Shown: in pieces, positions 62,072 through 64,000 of the stretch
How positions within the stretch are numbered: the first letter of the stretch is position 1
Layout of the letters: every line of letters begins with the position of its first letter
NCBI GenBank assembly: GCA_963790475.1
Contig: CAWBOS010000010.1
Location: 1,472,001 to 1,536,000 of the forward strand
DNA: 64,000 nucleotides
Origin: an uncultured delta proteobacterium
Lineage (GTDB): Bacteria > Desulfobacterota > RBG-13-43-22
Direction: 5' to 3'
Position numbers and translations under genes: made by a program
The notes under the pieces: generated by a model
What the model was told of the DNA's origin: nothing
Databases searched by the model: none
The model's input: only the letters and a program-made list of their open reading frames with translations

Positions 62072-62906
62072 CTCCGTTCCTCCTCTCGATTCGGTCCCTA
62101 CAAATTCAAGATAACATTTAAAGATTCTTTGTGATGGAGTAGGATTTCTGAAAAGTAACTTAATTTTCAGGCAAATGGTCTAAAAAATATATACGGCAAA
62201 AACTGTATATTCAAAAAATCTTTACTGTATTTTAATGGTGAGATATTCGTTAAAAGGGATAACCTAAAAATATCTTTAGGAGAAACGCGGTCTAACAAAA
62301 CTAAATCAGCTCCAAATCTAAGATGGGTGCTTACCCTTTCTAATTATATCTGGCATGATGTTACCACAAACCGATCATCCATTCTGACCAGTGTCTGCAT
62401 CAAATAAATCGTGAAAAAATCTGGATTTGACTATACAAACATAGACAAGGGTGATGATAGCTCCCTTATGTTTGTTTTTTTTTGGTTTTTTGCGATTATT
62501 CGTAAAAATACAATATTCCTTTTCTCAAAATACTCTCTTACCGATATTTTCTTATTGATCTATTCAAGATAAACTATTTCCCAAGTTTTTTTTAATATCA
62601 GAAGCTGTTTATCTTTTCTTTCCTTCGACTTTACTTAGACCGGATATTATTTAGAAATAGGCCAATACTAAATATCTGACTTAAAATCCTGCAGATCGAT
62701 CGGATTTAAAATAACCTATTTTATTAAACATCCAGCAAGTATGATCCGTTCCAATGCAGGCAATAAAGAATAGGGACAGGCGTCCAGAGGGTGCAGATAT
62801 TGAGAGCGAAGGTTAAGAGAACACCTAAGAGTGTCGTGCATGGGTATGCAAACCAGGTAACGTTTATACGGGGACAAAACTTGGAAAAAAGAGAGAAGGA
62901 GTGGCC

Positions 62907-63138
62907 ATGTTACAATACATAACATTGGGTGATGTGCTATGGGCAGTGTGGCAGAGCATTAAACAATACTGGTCATGGAAGTTGCACTCAACCAGGGCTG
63001 GACATCCTGGAAGGAGTGGACAAGTCTGTTCGCCCGGAAAACTGGGTTGGCGACGGCGCATGTATGGTCGCCTGCCCGACTAAGGCCATTTTTCTGATGA
63101 GCAAGTATGATCCCTCCTTGCCTCCAGTTGCAGTATAG
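62907..63138 (+). pseudogene. Ferredoxin-like remnant
   Basis: AAGGAG RBS and ATG, frameshift, ...PENWVGDGACMVACPTKAI. Confidence 0.55.
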
Positions 63139-63523
63139 CAGTATCTGATCGGCCAAGTCTTCAAAGAGAGAGGCTGCCGCACCCAAGATTGGAGGCGATA
63201 CGCTTTCCGCGCATCACCCTGGCTGTTGCCCACTTTCAATCAGTAGTTAATTTTAACGGCTACTCTTTTCGTGGACGTGTGGGTCGCAAGAAGAGTTATC
63301 TTGATATTGTCCTTCAACCCAAATACTGGTCAGAACAAATAAATAAATGCAGAAAAACCACAAACCTGTCCCGGAAAAATTTTTGATCCTCTTATACAGC
63401 ATCACCAATCTGACATAGACTGATGGGGGTAGTAGTCCTTACCATGATATTTGAAACAAAAAGAGAGAACCCCGAGAAAATTTTAGAGTGTTCAATCCTC
63501 CCAAATGAACGCCGAGGAACTGT

Positions 63524-63775
63524 ATGGACAGGTCCTGCCGGAACCGTTCCGGCGACTTAGGCCTGGCAAAGATCTGTGAAGGCTTGGGTATCCCTGATGT
63601 AACCTTTAACACTTTTCGCCTCACCTTCGCGCTCCATTTTCAACGGGAAAACGACAACCTGACACTGCTCCAGAAAGTGCTCGGCCATAGAAATGAGGCG
63701 CAAGTAAATCGATACGCGAAAATTGTTATGAACGATAGGCGGGAAGCTCTTGAAAAGTTGTCCAGTCCCTTATAG
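63524..63775 (+). pseudogene. Tyrosine integrase C-terminal remnant
   Basis: FNTFRLTFA (degenerate HxxRH), LQKVLGH, RYA; N-terminal domains absent. Confidence 0.7.
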
Positions 63776-63970
63776 GTACCCTGGATCTATTTTAAAGGTG
63801 GTTCTTGGGAAAAGGACGAGCGTTGTTGTTTGCGAGTTTGGGAAAATGGGAAGAGGCCTCCGTCTTTAAGAAAATGGGGACAGAATGATGGAAATGACTT
63901 GAGGGCAGGAAAAAGAAAAGTGGACTTAAAGGTTGCATAGTCATTAAGTCCCTTATTTTTATTCTTATAT

Positions 63971-64000
63971 TGGTGCCGGAGGTCGGAATTGAACCGACAT
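63971..64000 (-). tRNA. 3' end of a tRNA (probably Leu; anticodon outside window)
   Basis: Minus strand ATGTCGG-TTCAATT-CCGAC-CTCCGGC-A-CCA: T arm, acceptor strand and encoded CCA. Confidence 0.85.

Noticed and set aside
62840-62885. c-di-GMP-I riboswitch (gcaaacc...gggac)
   Set aside because: Lacks the GNRA-capped stem and second hairpin; match too weak.

Overview
Mosaic 64-kb region, probably from an anaerobic Desulfobacterota (deltaproteobacterial) chromosome; this assignment is inferred from gene content. It ends at the 3' end of a minus-strand tRNA (probably Leu) next to a degenerate tyrosine-integrase remnant. Intact genes cover fatty-acyl-CoA metabolism, an ABC exporter, a DUF362/polyferredoxin/aldo-keto-reductase cluster, c-di-GMP enzymes, Mo/W oxidoreductases, groES-groEL with a CIRCE-like operator, and chrA. 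They are interspersed with more than 15 truncated or frameshifted fragments. Main highlights: (1) a ~10-kb minus-strand cluster joining a corrinoid methyltransferase/RACo module to a kinase cascade. It includes an apparently split sensor: an output-less multi-PAS protein ending in a 'VGRELKMIDLKKEI' helix, translationally coupled to a sensor-less histidine kinase that starts with three 21-aa 'AxxN(I/L)LEDF' repeats. (2) A 3.6-kb IS1-family cargo transposon with perfect 19-bp IRs and an 8-bp TSD; its transposase leader holds a structured RNA with a tRNA-like element bearing a G3-U70 pair. (3) Six dispersed copies of one sigma70-type promoter module in front of unrelated genes. (4) An ORF-less group II intron with a mutated catalytic triad. 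All calls come from reading the sequence by eye; no searches or folding programs were run.
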